Notes: generated from the sequence alone by a model not told the origin. 64,000 bases of DNA from Candidatus Dormiibacterota bacterium (GCA_963800175.1 CAWCZS010000001.1:71490-135489); one strand, 5' to 3'; shown: positions 11,315-22,629, counted from the stretch's first letter. Program-made: numbers and translations.

Positions 11315-12355
11315 ATGACTTCCACACCAACGCCGGCCAGCAACACGGTCAACCGCCAGTGGCGCCTCGCGGCGCGCCCGAAGGGACTTCCGAAAGCAAC
11401 GGACTGGGATCTCCGCAGCGAGGCGATTCCGGAGCCCGACGAAGGGCAATTCCTCGTGCGCGTCCTCTACATCTCACTCGACCCGGCGATGCGCGGCTGG
11501 ATGAACGAGGGACGGTCGTACGTGCCGCCCGTCGGCATCGGAGAGGTCATGCGCGCGGGAGGCGTCGGCAGGGTCATCGCCTCGAGGAATCCCGAATTCA
11601 GCGTGGGCGATCACGTCAACGGGACCTTCGGCGTGCAGGAGTACGCGATCAGCGACGGCCGCGGCGTGATCCGTGTGTCGCCCGAGACGGCGCCCCTGCC
11701 GCAGTACCTGAGCGTGCTTGGCATGCCAGGTATGACGGCATATTTCGGGCTCCTCGATGTCGGCCACCCGGTCGCGGGCGAGACCGTGGTCGTGTCAGCA
11801 GCCGCGGGTGCAGTCGGCCAGCTCGTGGGGCAGATCGCAAAGATCAAGGGATGCCGCGTCGTGGGCATCGCCGGCGGCACGGAGAAGTGCCGGTTCATCG
11901 TGGACGAGCTCGGTTTCGACGCTGCCGTCGATTACAAAAGTGAGGACGTGCGCGAGGCGTTGCGTGAGCACTGCCCGGATCGCGTGGATGTGTATTTCGA
12001 CAATGTCGGCGGGGACATTCTCGATATCGTGCTGACGCGGCTCGCTCGCCACGCGCGCATCGTAATCTGCGGATCGATCTCGCAGTACAACAACGAGGGG
12101 CCGATGCGCGGACCGGCGAACTACATGACGCTGCTCATCGACCGCGCGCGTATGGAGGGGTTCGTGGTCTTCGACTACGCCAAGCGATACCCGGAAGCCG
12201 CGCGCGAGATGGCGGGCTGGATGGCCGACGGCCGGCTGAAATCCGTCGAGCACATCGTCAACGGAATCGAGCACTTCCCCGAGACGCTGCTTGCGCTGTA
12301 CAGCGGAGAGAACTTCGGGAAATTGATCCTGAGCGTGGGCGGCGCGGAGGCTTAG
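11315..12355 (+). CDS. NADP-dependent oxidoreductase (CurA/prostaglandin reductase family)
   Basis: LAARPKG, YISLDPAMRGWM, VSAAAGAVG, YFDNVGG, GENFGK. Confidence 0.93.
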   Translation: MTSTPTPASNTVNRQWRLAARPKGLPKATDWDLRSEAIPEPDEGQFLVRVLYISLDPAMRGWMNEGRSYVPPVGIGEVMRAGGVGRVIASRNPEFSVGDHVNGTFGVQEYAISDGRGVIRVSPETAPLPQYLSVLGMPGMTAYFGLLDVGHPVAGETVVVSAAAGAVGQLVGQIAKIKGCRVVGIAGGTEKCRFIVDELGFDAAVDYKSEDVREALREHCPDRVDVYFDNVGGDILDIVLTRLARHARIVICGSISQYNNEGPMRGPANYMTLLIDRARMEGFVVFDYAKRYPEAAREMAGWMADGRLKSVEHIVNGIEHFPETLLALYSGENFGKLILSVGGAEA

Positions 12356-13498
12356 GCGGCGGCGCGCGCGGCCATTCTTCCCGGGCCACCGTGGAAGAGG
12401 CGCGCAACATCGCTCGGCGAGACGATCCCGACGAGCGTCCCGCCGTCGTACACCATCGCGCGACCATCTGAAGCGGGGCCGACGCGTTTCAGCACGTCGG
12501 TGAGCTTCTCGTCCTGGCGGGCGATCGGAACACGATCGATCGGGATTGCGATGTCGATCGCTCGGCGGTTGCCGCGCTGTTGCGGCGGCACCTGCTTGAT
12601 GCCGCGCATGGTGACCAGACCGTCGATCCGGCCGTCAATGCTGTGCGTCGGGAAGGACGTGAATTGATGGCCCATCACGTACTGATCGACGAGCAACTCG
12701 ACGGTGATCCACGACGGGACGATCACCGGGTTCTTCGACATGATGTCGCCGACGAGCACGCCTTCCAGCGCGTGGCGCGCCTGCTCGCCGTTCGCCTCGC
12801 CGCGCGCGGCGGTGTCCAGGAACCAGCCGATGAGCATGAGCCAGAGCCCGCCGACGGGATTGAAGAAGAAGAGATCGAGGACGCCGAGACCGATCAGGAG
12901 GACTGCGAAGAAGCGACCGACGCGTGAGGCAGCGACAGTCGCGGTCATCCGGTTCTTGGTCCTGCTCCAGATGAAGCCGCGAAGGATGCGCCCGCCGTCG
13001 AGGGGGAACGCCGGAATGAGATTGAAGATCAGCAGCAGGATGTTGACCGCGGCGAGCCACTCCGCGACCAGGACCACGAGCGGCAGCGCACCGACCTGGA
13101 CGAGCAGCCATGACGCGCCGACGAAGCGCCACTGCGAGTGCGGCCGTCACGGCCGGCCCGACCGCGGCAACGAGCATCTCGGTTCGTGCGGTGACCCAGT
13201 CGCCACTCATCTGAGCGACACCACCGAAGAGCCAGAGCTTGATGCCCTCCACCGCCACGCCCCGCCGACGGGCAAGGAGCGCGTGTGCGAGCTCATGGGC
13301 GGTCAGCGAGGCGACGAGCAACGCCGCAGCGATCACCCCGACGATCCAAGCGAGCCACACAGGAGTTCCGCGGACTTCGACGGGGACGGCACCCTCTGCC
13401 ACCCCGTACGCAAGGAACGCGCCGATCACCAGCACGCTCCAGTCCGCCGTGATCGTGATCCCGGCGATGCGTGCGATCCGGATGCCGCCTCTGTTCAT
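12352..13498 (-). CDS. Site-2 protease (M50) with CBS domains (frameshift near 13130)
   Basis: HELAH zinc motif, NLIPAFPLDGGR, C-terminal CBS pair. Confidence 0.9.
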
Positions 13499-13563
13499 CT
13501 CTGAACTCTCATGGTGAGGGCCGGTGCTTTCATCTCCATGAACGTACCCAATCCGGAGCCGAC

Positions 13564-14847
13564 TTATCGCGCGTCGCGCAAGGAAGTCGTGGCCCGGCGA
13601 GCGATGCGCGCGCTGGCAGCGGGCTCCGGGCGCGCGGCGCGCACAACGAGAACACACCAGGCGGCCGCCATGAGCAGCAGCACCCACGGCGTGGCGCGGC
13701 CGGGGAAGCCGACTGTGTTCTGCGAGAGATCACCAAGGCTCGCAAACGAGAGCAACACCCACAGACCGACGACGCTGAGCGTAGCCATACCGGGCCACGG
13801 ATGCTCCCTTGGTCGGCCGGCCAGCCAGGCGAGCCCGACGACGAGGACAGGGGCGAGCAGCGTCAGGTCATGTCCGAGCAGGTGGGGTGACGCAAACAGC
13901 GAGAGCGCCACAGCAGCGCAGAGCGTGGGCTCGAAGAGGTCGGGCCGCCGGTGGGCGACCGTTCCGAGCCATCCCGCCACGGCTGCGGCCGCTATGCCCG
14001 CTGCCACCGCAAGCAGGAACACGCCAGACGCGTGGCCGAGGAGTGATCCGAAGAGTCCACTCGTCCCCTGCATCTGCGCGGTCGGGGAGTTGCTCGGCGT
14101 GGCGATCGCTGTCAGGAACGAGCCGAGCGATCGCGGGCCGGCGCCGATGATCCCGATTCCCACACTCACTGCCGCTCCGACGAGCGCCCCGATGACGGCC
14201 CGCCAGTCGCGCCGTCCGATCATGTACGCGGCGATACCGATCACGAGCTGTGGTTTGGCGATCGCCGCGGTGAATCCGAGCGCGAATCCTGCGGCGCCGG
14301 GACGGTCGCGCCGCCAGAAGGTATACGCCAGCGCCAGTCCGAGTACGGAAACGCCGTCCCACTGACCTTCGAGGAAGAGCAGGCCGGTGCCGAACCCGGC
14401 CAGCGCGACGAGCACGATCGCAAGACGGGGCAATCGCGGCAGGGATGCCGGCCATGGCGCGGCACGGGTGACCAGGAGGAGCGAGAGCGCCATGAGCGCC
14501 AGCTGGAGCAGCGACCAGGCGCGCCAGGCCGCTCCGGCGCCCAGCAGGCTGAACGGCAGAGCGATCACCGCAGCCGCGGGCGGGTTCTCGAACGGGATGT
14601 CATCGTGACTGGCCGGGGCCCCGGTCTGGACAAGAGTCTCGCGCTCGGTCGCCTCGTTATAGATCTGGGCGGCGTGCCCGGAGCGGATCAGCGTCGAGGC
14701 GACGTACGTGCCGGCGTAGTCGCTCGTCGGCGCAAGGGAGTTCGGGACGACCGCCCAGACCTGAACGTAATGGGCAAGAACGATCGAGGCGACGGTGATG
14801 AGAGCGGCTGCGAACCACTTCGGACGTTCGGACAAGGCGCTGCCCAC
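13564..14847 (-). CDS. GT87/DUF2029 family membrane glycosyltransferase
   Basis: Multi-TM; SDY, PFENPP, EGQ, AIAKPQL, HDL motifs. Confidence 0.8.
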   Translation of the reverse strand: MGSALSERPKWFAAALITVASIVLAHYVQVWAVVPNSLAPTSDYAGTYVASTLIRSGHAAQIYNEATERETLVQTGAPASHDDIPFENPPAAAVIALPFSLLGAGAAWRAWSLLQLALMALSLLLVTRAAPWPASLPRLPRLAIVLVALAGFGTGLLFLEGQWDGVSVLGLALAYTFWRRDRPGAAGFALGFTAAIAKPQLVIGIAAYMIGRRDWRAVIGALVGAAVSVGIGIIGAGPRSLGSFLTAIATPSNSPTAQMQGTSGLFGSLLGHASGVFLLAVAAGIAAAAVAGWLGTVAHRRPDLFEPTLCAAVALSLFASPHLLGHDLTLLAPVLVVGLAWLAGRPREHPWPGMATLSVVGLWVLLSFASLGDLSQNTVGFPGRATPWVLLLMAAAWCVLVVRAARPEPAASARIARRATTSLRDAR

Positions 14848-14885
14848 TCTATGGCCACGCCTCCCACGCCACCGTCAAGCGGGCG

Positions 14886-15425
14886 TCACATTGCCCTCGC
14901 GAATACGGCGAGATCCGAATCGGAGAAGAGCGCGAACGTGATCTCGCGAAGCGTCGTTCCCGGGATCTCGAGAGCCGTGATCGCTTCCGTGATTGCAACC
15001 GGTGCCGCCTGCTCGATCGGAAACCCATAGATCCCAGTACTGATCGCGGGCGCCGCGACCGTGGCGCACGAGTGGTCGGCTGCCAGCGTGAAGGCCGTTC
15101 GGTACGCGGATGCAAGCAGATCCGTCTCGTTGTTACCGCCGCCGCCCCATCGCGGACCGACTGCGTGGATGACGTATTGCGCGGGCAGGCGCCCGGCGCC
15201 CGTGATCACGGCCGACCCGGTCGGGCATCCCGAGTAGCGTTCGCGAAGCTGGCGCATCAGCTCCGGCCCTGCGGCGCGGTGAATGGCTCCGTCGACACCC
15301 CCGCCGCCCGCGAGCGACGAGTTGGCGGCGTTGACGATCGCGTCGACCGTCAGCGTCGTGATGTCGGCGCGACGGAGGCTGATGCGGCCGGCGCCGGTGT
15401 CGCGAACGAGTTGCTCAGGCACCAT
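14886..15425 (-). CDS. ymdB: Macro domain O-acetyl-ADP-ribose deacetylase
   Basis: DAIVNAANSSLAGGGGVDGAIHRAAG, HAVGP, PAISTGIYGFP. Confidence 0.9.
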   Translation of the reverse strand: MVPEQLVRDTGAGRISLRRADITTLTVDAIVNAANSSLAGGGGVDGAIHRAAGPELMRQLRERYSGCPTGSAVITGAGRLPAQYVIHAVGPRWGGGGNNETDLLASAYRTAFTLAADHSCATVAAPAISTGIYGFPIEQAAPVAITEAITALEIPGTTLREITFALFSDSDLAVFARAM

Positions 15426-16671
15426 CCGCGCGGGCGAGCGCCAGGCACACGTTGTGGCCACCGAACCCGTACGAGGTGCTGAGCGCGAAGTCGATCCGCG
15501 CGTCGCGCCCCTGGTTGGGGACGTAGTCGAGGTCGCATTCGGGATCCGGCTCGTCCAGGTTGATCGTGGGCGGGACGAACTGGTCGCGGATTGCGAGGAT
15601 CGTGATGACGGCTTCCACGGCGCCGGCGGCGCCGAGCAGGTGCCCGTGCATCGACTTGGTGGACGACATCGGGATGGTGCTCGCCTGGGGCCCGAACGCC
15701 GCCTTCACGGCCTTCGTCTCGGCAGCGTCGTTCATCTGCGTAGAGGTGCCGTGCGCGTTGATGTAGTCGACCTCGTCGGTCTCGCGTCCGGCCCGCTTCA
15801 GCGATCGCAGGATGCAGCGGCGGGCCCCATCGCCCTGCTCGTCCGGTTGCCATTGGTGAAACGCGTCGGCGGTCGCTCCGTAGCCGGCGACCTCACCGTA
15901 GATGCGCGCGCCACGTGCCACTGCGTGTCCCCACTCCTCAACGACGAACATGGCCGCACCTTCGCCCATCACGAAGCCGTCGCGGTCCTTATCGAAGGGA
16001 CGCGACGCACGGTCGGGCTCGTCGTTGCGCGTCGACAGCGCCTGCATGGCGTCGAAGGCGGCGATGCTGATGTTGGTGATCGACGCTTCGGTCCCACCGG
16101 TGATGACCGCCGTGGCCTCTCCGCGCCGGATCCACTCCGCCGCCTCGCCGATGGCGTGGCCTGACGACGAGCACGCGCTGGTGATGGCGTAGTTCACGCC
16201 TTTGGCGCCACAGTCGATCGCGATGGCTCCGGCAGGCATGTCGATGATCATCGACGGCACTGTGAACGGCGAGACGCGTCGCGGACCCTGGTTGTAGAGG
16301 GCGAGAACGTTGCGCTCGATAACCTCGATACCACCGACGCCGGAGGCGACCAGCACGCCGACGTCCTCCGCCATCGGCCGGATGTCGAGACCGGAGTCCT
16401 CGATCGCCTGACGTGCCGCAAACATCGCCAGCTGGGTGCAGCGGCTCATACGCCGCGATTCCTTCTTTCCGAGGATCGCCTCAGGGTCGAATCCCTTCAC
16501 CTCGGCGGCGATATGCGTGGTCAGATGGTTGGCGTCGAAAGCGGTGATGTAGCCGATCCCGCCTTGACCGCGACGGCATGACTGCCAGGTGGATTCGGCG
16601 TCGAGCCCGAGGGGTGTGACTGCGCCGATGCCGGTGATTGCAACGCGCGGGCTCCCGTTGCTGCCGCTCAT
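15415..16671 (-). CDS. fabF: Beta-ketoacyl-ACP synthase II
   Basis: TSACSS catalytic Cys, NAHGTST, GHLLGAAG, GFGGHN. Confidence 0.95.
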   Translation of the reverse strand: MSGSNGSPRVAITGIGAVTPLGLDAESTWQSCRRGQGGIGYITAFDANHLTTHIAAEVKGFDPEAILGKKESRRMSRCTQLAMFAARQAIEDSGLDIRPMAEDVGVLVASGVGGIEVIERNVLALYNQGPRRVSPFTVPSMIIDMPAGAIAIDCGAKGVNYAITSACSSSGHAIGEAAEWIRRGEATAVITGGTEASITNISIAAFDAMQALSTRNDEPDRASRPFDKDRDGFVMGEGAAMFVVEEWGHAVARGARIYGEVAGYGATADAFHQWQPDEQGDGARRCILRSLKRAGRETDEVDYINAHGTSTQMNDAAETKAVKAAFGPQASTIPMSSTKSMHGHLLGAAGAVEAVITILAIRDQFVPPTINLDEPDPECDLDYVPNQGRDARIDFALSTSYGFGGHNVCLALARADGA

Positions 16672-17498
16672 ACCTTCGCCTCCGCGGTCTCAATGGAAGG
16701 GGCACCCTGTGAGTGATAGCCGCCGTCTACGTGAATCATCTCGCCGGTGATGCCTCGGGACAGGTCGCTGAGCAGGAACGCGGTGACGTCCGCGACCGGC
16801 CCGCTGTCGGCGCTGTCCCAGCCGAGCGGGGAGCGCTGTCCCCAGGACGATTTCAGTGCTTCGAACCCGGGGATCGACCGTGCCGCAATGGTCTCGAGTG
16901 GTCCCGCGGAGATGGTGTTCACCCGGATTCCCCTCGGCCCGAGTTCGCGCGCCAGGTAACGCACGATCGCCTCGAGCGCCGCTTTCGCCGGCCCCATCCA
17001 GTCATAGACGGGCCACGCCACGCGGGCATCGAAGGTGAGCGTGACGATCGATCCGCCACTGGCGGGCATGAGCGGAGCAAACGCCGCGGCGAGCGTCTGC
17101 AGCGAGTAGCTGCTCACGTGAAATGCCGTGCTCACCGAGCTCCATGGCGCCTCGAGGAAGCCGCCGCCGAGGCAGTCCGCGGGTGCGAAGCCGATTGCAT
17201 GGACGACGCCGTCAACTCCACCCCAGGTGGTCCGCGCGTGCTCGGCGACGGCTCGCACCTGCGCGACGTCGGTGACGTCCATCTCGAGCACTTCGGGCAC
17301 CGGGCTCAGGCGTTGCGCGCTGCGCCGGGTCAGGCTCATCGCGCGCCCGAACGACGTGAGCATCACCTCGGCACCGGCTGCCTGCGCCGCAGCAGCGATC
17401 GCAAACGCGATGCTCTTCGGGGTCAGGACACCGGTGACGACGATGCGCCTTCCGCTGAGAAGGCCGTGTGCCGGGGTCGATGGATTCTTGGTGCTCAC
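16668..17498 (-). CDS. fabI: Enoyl-ACP reductase (FabI/InhA type)
   Basis: TGVLTPKSIAF, YDWMGPAKAALE, ISAGP, GEMIHVDGG. Confidence 0.93.
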   Translation of the reverse strand: MSTKNPSTPAHGLLSGRRIVVTGVLTPKSIAFAIAAAAQAAGAEVMLTSFGRAMSLTRRSAQRLSPVPEVLEMDVTDVAQVRAVAEHARTTWGGVDGVVHAIGFAPADCLGGGFLEAPWSSVSTAFHVSSYSLQTLAAAFAPLMPASGGSIVTLTFDARVAWPVYDWMGPAKAALEAIVRYLARELGPRGIRVNTISAGPLETIAARSIPGFEALKSSWGQRSPLGWDSADSGPVADVTAFLLSDLSRGITGEMIHVDGGYHSQGAPSIETAEAKV

Positions 17499-17537
17499 AG
17501 GCGACGTACCTTATAAGTCTCGAACGGGGATCCGCAG

Positions 17538-18317
17538 TTACGCAGCCACGATCTCGAGCATCGCGGCGTGCCATGACGGTGTCCCCGCGAGGATGTCGCC
17601 ACTGATGAAGACCGCTTCGGGGTCGCCGCTCCAGTCGGTCACCACCCCACCGGCCTCGCGCACCAGCAGCGCGCCCGCCGCAATGTCCCAGAGGCCGAGG
17701 CCGAGCTCGAAGTAGCCGTCGAATGCGCCCGCGCCGACGTAAGCGAGGTCGAGGCTCGCGGCGCCGGCACGGCGAAGATCCTCGAAACGCTGCAGTGCAG
17801 CGGTCATCACCGGCAGATACCGCGGCAAACGCTCCTTGTGGCGAAAGGGAAATCCCGTGGCCACGACGCCGGCTCCCTGATGTGTCGAGACGGACATGCG
17901 GCGTCCTTCGCGATCAAAGGCGCCCTGACCTTCGGCCGCGCTCCATGTCTCGCCGAGCAGGGGGGCGGCAACGGCGCCGACGACCGGCCGGCCCTCCTCC
18001 ACGAGCGCGACGCTCACGCCGACGACGGGGAAACCGCGCAGGAAGTTGGTGGTCCCGTCAACCGGGTCGATCACCCACATGCGGTTGGCGCGCAACCCTC
18101 CGGATTCTTCCGCAAGGATTGCGATATCCGGGGCGCCTTCGCGAAGAACCTCGATCGCGGCCTGTTCAGCCGAGCGATCGACATCGGTGACGTAGTCGCC
18201 GGGGCTCTTGACCTCGGTGGTCAGCGTTCCAGGGCGAGCATGGCTCCGCGCAACCAGCGTACCCGCCGCTGCGGTGGCAGCGACGGCAAGCTCACGCAGA
18301 GTTTCGCGATCGTGCAC
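17538..18317 (-). CDS. suhB: Inositol monophosphatase family protein
   Basis: DYVTDVD, AEE, WVIDPVDGTTNF, WDIAAG; GTG 18317 (the upstream ORF extension is a repeat shadow). Confidence 0.9.
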   Translation of the reverse strand: MHDRETLRELAVAATAAAGTLVARSHARPGTLTTEVKSPGDYVTDVDRSAEQAAIEVLREGAPDIAILAEESGGLRANRMWVIDPVDGTTNFLRGFPVVGVSVALVEEGRPVVGAVAAPLLGETWSAAEGQGAFDREGRRMSVSTHQGAGVVATGFPFRHKERLPRYLPVMTAALQRFEDLRRAGAASLDLAYVGAGAFDGYFELGLGLWDIAAGALLVREAGGVVTDWSGDPEAVFISGDILAGTPSWHAAMLEIVAA

Positions 18318-21300
18318 CGGTTGAGGGTACGCGCCGCGGCTGTGCGGGCTTGCGCGGGACCGGAGTTGCTTTAGCCGGGGCTCGTTTCGCCGGGGTTCGT
18401 TTCGCCGGAGCAGCCTTCGCCGGGGTTCGTCTCGCGGGAGCAGCCTTCGCCGGGGTCCGTCTCGCCGGAGCAGCCTTCGCCGGGGTGCGTTTCGCCGGAG
18501 CAGCCTTCGCCGGGGTGCGTTTCGCCGGAGCAGCCTTCGCCGGGGTCCGTCTCGCGGGAGCAACCTTAGCCGGGGTTCGTTTCGCCAGGGCAACCTTCGC
18601 CGGGGTCCGTTTCGTCGGAGCCACCCTCGCCGGGGTCCGTTTCGTCGGAGCCACCCTCGCCGGGGTCCGTTTCGCTACGGGCCGTTTCGCCGGGGTTCGT
18701 TTCGCCACGGCAACCTTCGCCGGGGTCCGTTTCGCTACGGGTCGTTTCGCCGGGGTTCGTTTCGCCAGGGCAACCTTCGCAGGCGTCCGTTTCGTCGGAG
18801 CCACCCTCGCCGGGGTCCGTTTCGCTGGGGTCCGTTTCGCTGGGGTTCGTTTCGCCGCGGCAGCCTTCGCGGGCGTCGGTTTCGCCGGGGTTCGTTTCGC
18901 CAGGGCAACCTTCGCAGGCGTCCGTTTCGTCGGAGCCACCCTCGCCGGGGTCCGTTTCGCTGGGGTTCGTTTCGCCGCGGCAGCCTTCGCGGGCGTCGGT
19001 TTCGCCGGGGTTCGCTTCGCCAGGGCAACCTTCGCAGGCGTCCGTTTCGCTACGGGTCGTTTCGCCGGGGTTCGTTTCGCTGCGACTACCTTCGCCGGGC
19101 CGGCTTTGGCCCGAGTTGCCTTCGTGGGAGTTACCTTCGCCCTGGCTACCTTCGCGGGTGCTGCCTTGGCCCGGACTACCTTCGATGCAGCTGCCGTCGC
19201 CCGGGTTACCTTCGCCGGCGCGGTCTTTGCCGGGGCAACCTTCGCCCTAGGCAACTTCACCGGAGCACCCGCAGCCGGAGCTACCGTCACCGCGGTTACC
19301 GTCACCGGAGTTACCGCCACCGGGGCTACCTTCGCCTCGGCCGTGTTCGATGGGACCACCTGCGCCGGAGCTAGCGTCGCCGAAGCTACCTCTGCCGGAC
19401 TTGTCTTCGCCATATCTGCGTGCGCCGCGGCTACCTGCCCCGGGGTTACCGTCGCCTGAGCTGCCTTCGCCGGGACGGCCTTCGCCGGGGCGGTCGTTGC
19501 CGGGGCAACCTTCGGCCGAGTTACCGCCACCGGAGCTACCTTCGCCCCGGCCGCGTTCGGTGGGACCATCTGGCGCCGAAGCTACCTCTGCCGGACCTGT
19601 CTGCGCCGTATCTGCGTGCGTCGGGGCGACCTGCGCCGGGATTACCGTCACTGGAGCTGGCGTCGCCGGAGGTGCCTCCGGCGGGATGAGATTGACCACG
19701 GATGCCTTCACCGGAGCCACCTTCGCCGGGGTTCGTTTCGCCCGGGCGACCTTCGCCGGGCCTATCTTCAACGGGGCTGCCTCGACCAAAGCCGTATGCG
19801 CACGAGCTTTCTTCGCCGGATCGAGCGCTGTCACCGCTGCCTTCGCCGACGCTCCGTTCGTTGAGGCGACCGCCGCCGGCGCTGTCTTCGCGCGGACTCC
19901 GTTCGGTGGGCTTGCCTGCGCCGGAGTTACCGTCGGTAGCACCCGTGCCGCCGGGGCTAGCGGCGGCGGGGCGACCTCCGCCGGCGATACCGCAGTCGGA
20001 GTGATGATCGCCGGCGCTACCGCCGGCGGCGCCGCCTTCGCTGGCGCTCCGTTCGGTGGGGCTATCTGCGCCGGGGTTACCGCCGCCGGGAGGGTCACCG
20101 GGGCTAGCGGCGGCGGGGCGACCCCCGCCGTCGTTGCCGCATCCGGAGTGAAGGTCACCGGCGCTACAGCCGCCGGCGCTGTCTTCGCCGGTGCTCCGTT
20201 CGGTGAGAATACCTGCGGCGGAGCTACCGCAGCAGGAGTGAAGGTCACCGGAGCCACCTTCGCTGGCGCTCCGTTCGGCGGAGCTACCGGCGCCGGGGTT
20301 ACCGCCGCCGGAGTGAAAGTCGCTGGCCATGGCGCCAAAGGCGGTGCCTTCGCTGCGGCTCCGTGCGGTGGGGCTACCTGCGGCGGAACTACCGCAGCAG
20401 GAGTGAAGGTCACCGGAGCCACCTTCGCCGGCGCTCCGTTCGGCGGAGCTACGGGCGCCGGGGTTACCGCCGCCGGAGTGAAAGTCGCTGGCCATGGCGC
20501 CAACGGCGGTGCCTTCGCTGGCGCTCCGTTGGGTGCGGCTACGTGCGCCGGAGCTACCGCATCCGGAGTTGCGGTCACCGTGGACGCCTTCGCCCCAACG
20601 CCGTTCGGCGGGGCTACGTGCGCCGAGGCGAGCGTCACCGGAGTTACGGCCGCCGGGGCTACCGCCACCGGAGCTGCTTTCGCCACGACTGCCTCCGCCG
20701 GCTTGGCTCGGCCGTACACCGCAGGGTCCAACCCGCCCTTGCGGAGCAGCGCCTCCATGGCCTCGGTGTCGCATGGCGGAGCCAGGTGGTATCCCTGGGC
20801 CATGGCGCATCCCAGCTGATTGAGGCGCTTGACCTGGAGCGGCAGCTCAACCCCTTCGGCGACCAGCGCGAGGTGCATCGCTTCAGCGTGGCGCACGACT
20901 GTCCGCGCCAGCTCGCCGCTCGAGTTCGGATCCCCGAGCTCAGCGACAAGTGGCCGCGCGATTTTGAGGATGTCGATGGGAAGGCGGCGCAGGTACGCGA
21001 GCGATGTGTACCCGGTGCCGACATCGTCGATCGCCACGTGAGCACCCGCGCGCTGTATCCCGTCGAACGTCGAGATCGCACGGTGGAGATCCTCGAGCAC
21101 GACGTTCTCAGAGAACTCCAGAATCAGGCAGGAAGGGTCGACGCCCACTCGGGCGAGGCATCGCGTGACCAGGTCGACGACCGAACCGCTCTTGAGCCCT
21201 CCAGCGGAGACGTTGACAGACATCGCCAGCTCCGGAGTGGCCGGGTATGACGCCTGCCAGCGTTTGAGCTGATCGCAGGCCGCGCGCATCACGTACTCCT

Positions 21301-22627
21301 CGATCCGATCGATCAGGCCGTACTCCAGAGCCACGGGCAGGAAGTTGAGCGGTGCGAGGAGCCCGCGCACGGGATGCTGCCAGCGGACGAGCGCTTCCGC
21401 GCCGAGGATGATCCCGGTGCGCAACTCGACGATCGGCTGGTAGTGGACGACGAGCTCTCCCTTGTTGAGCGCCGCTTCGAGTTCCGCGGCAACGTCCGCG
21501 TCCGTCGAGCCGGCCGTCGAGCCGCCGTGGATTCGGTACGTGCTGGAGCCCGCCTCGCGCGCTTCCTTTGCTGCGGCGGTCGCCCGTCTAAGGAGGGCCG
21601 ATGCCGAGGTGTCGTCGGCCTTGGCGCATGCGAGACCGACAGAGGCGGTGATCGACACGCTCACTCCCTCAGTGGATACGGGCGCCGCCAGGGCCTCGAC
21701 GACTCGCTGGGCGATCAACTCGGCCTCACGGGGATGCAGCACTTCGGGGAGCAGCAGTGCGAACTCGTCGCCACCGAGCCGGGCGGCCATATCGGTCCGG
21801 CGCAGGCACTCGTGCAATCTGTGAGCGACCTCGACGAGGACGGCGTCACCCGCGGCGCGGCCGTGTTTGGCGTTGATGCTCCGGAAGTCCTCGAGGTCGA
21901 CCGAGACGACGCTCACAACGTAGCGCTCCGGGTCGCATTCGAGAAGCGCGCGCTCCATGCGGTCGAAGAAGAGGGCACGGTTGGCGAGTTGTGTGAGCGG
22001 ATCGTGGAACGCGCGGTCGGCCAGCTCGCTCTGGAGCGCGGCGAGACGTACCAACCCGTCGTGCAGACGGCTCCGTTCGATCGTCAACGCGACCTGATTC
22101 GCCAGCTCCTGAAGTGGCTCGTCGTTGGCGCGAGATTCAGGGCTGTCCGAAGCAAGCATCCCGAGCGCCAGGTAACCGACCGTGCGCGACCCATGCCGGA
22201 GGGTCACCGCGAGTCCGCGGGATACGGCGAGACGCGCGGAGAGCCTGGTGACCCACGGGTCGGACGCCGCCTCGGCGATGTGGACGACACCGAAGATCGG
22301 CGGCCTGAGCTTGACGTCGTCATCCTCGAGATCGCTCGAGCGCATCACGTCAACCGGCTCGCCGGCGCGGACGGTCGTCCGGAAGCCGGCGCCGGTGCCG
22401 GCGTCGGGAAACAGCGTCAGCTCGGCGCAGTCGGCTCCGAAACGGACGCTCGCGCGCCGCAGCAACTCGACGGACGCGAAATCGAGGTCACGGGCTTCGA
22501 GGAGCGCCTGCGTGGTCTCCAGGAGGAATCCGAGCCGCGTCTTCTCACGGCGCACGACCATCCAGGACGCACCGGCAGCCGCAAGAACGACGATCAAGAC
22601 CGCGAGGACGGCCAGCCAGGTGGCCAT
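18292..22627 (-). CDS. Membrane-anchored GAF-GGDEF-EAL protein with very long Pro/Ala-rich and Lys/Arg-rich (histone H1-like) C-terminal tail; one frameshift near 19572
   Basis: ATG 22627, N-terminal TM, RRTD I-site, RLGGDEF, AEALVRW, DDVGTG, AEGVE; PNGAPAK-type repeats continue in the same frame, then KRTPA repeats in ORF 18292-19569. Confidence 0.8.
18370..19110. repeat. 15-bp-period coding tandem repeat ([KR]RTPA pentapeptides on the minus strand)
   Basis: Recurrent cgccggggt(t/c/g)cgttt units; 24 [KR]RTPA pentapeptides counted by eye, alternating with KVALA/KAAPA/RVAPT/KRPVA. Confidence 0.95.
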
Positions 22628-22629
22628 CG

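Noticed and set aside
18318-18593. Arg-rich N-terminal extension of SuhB
   Set aside because: Alternative-frame reading of the KRTPA repeat; homology starts near GTG 18317.
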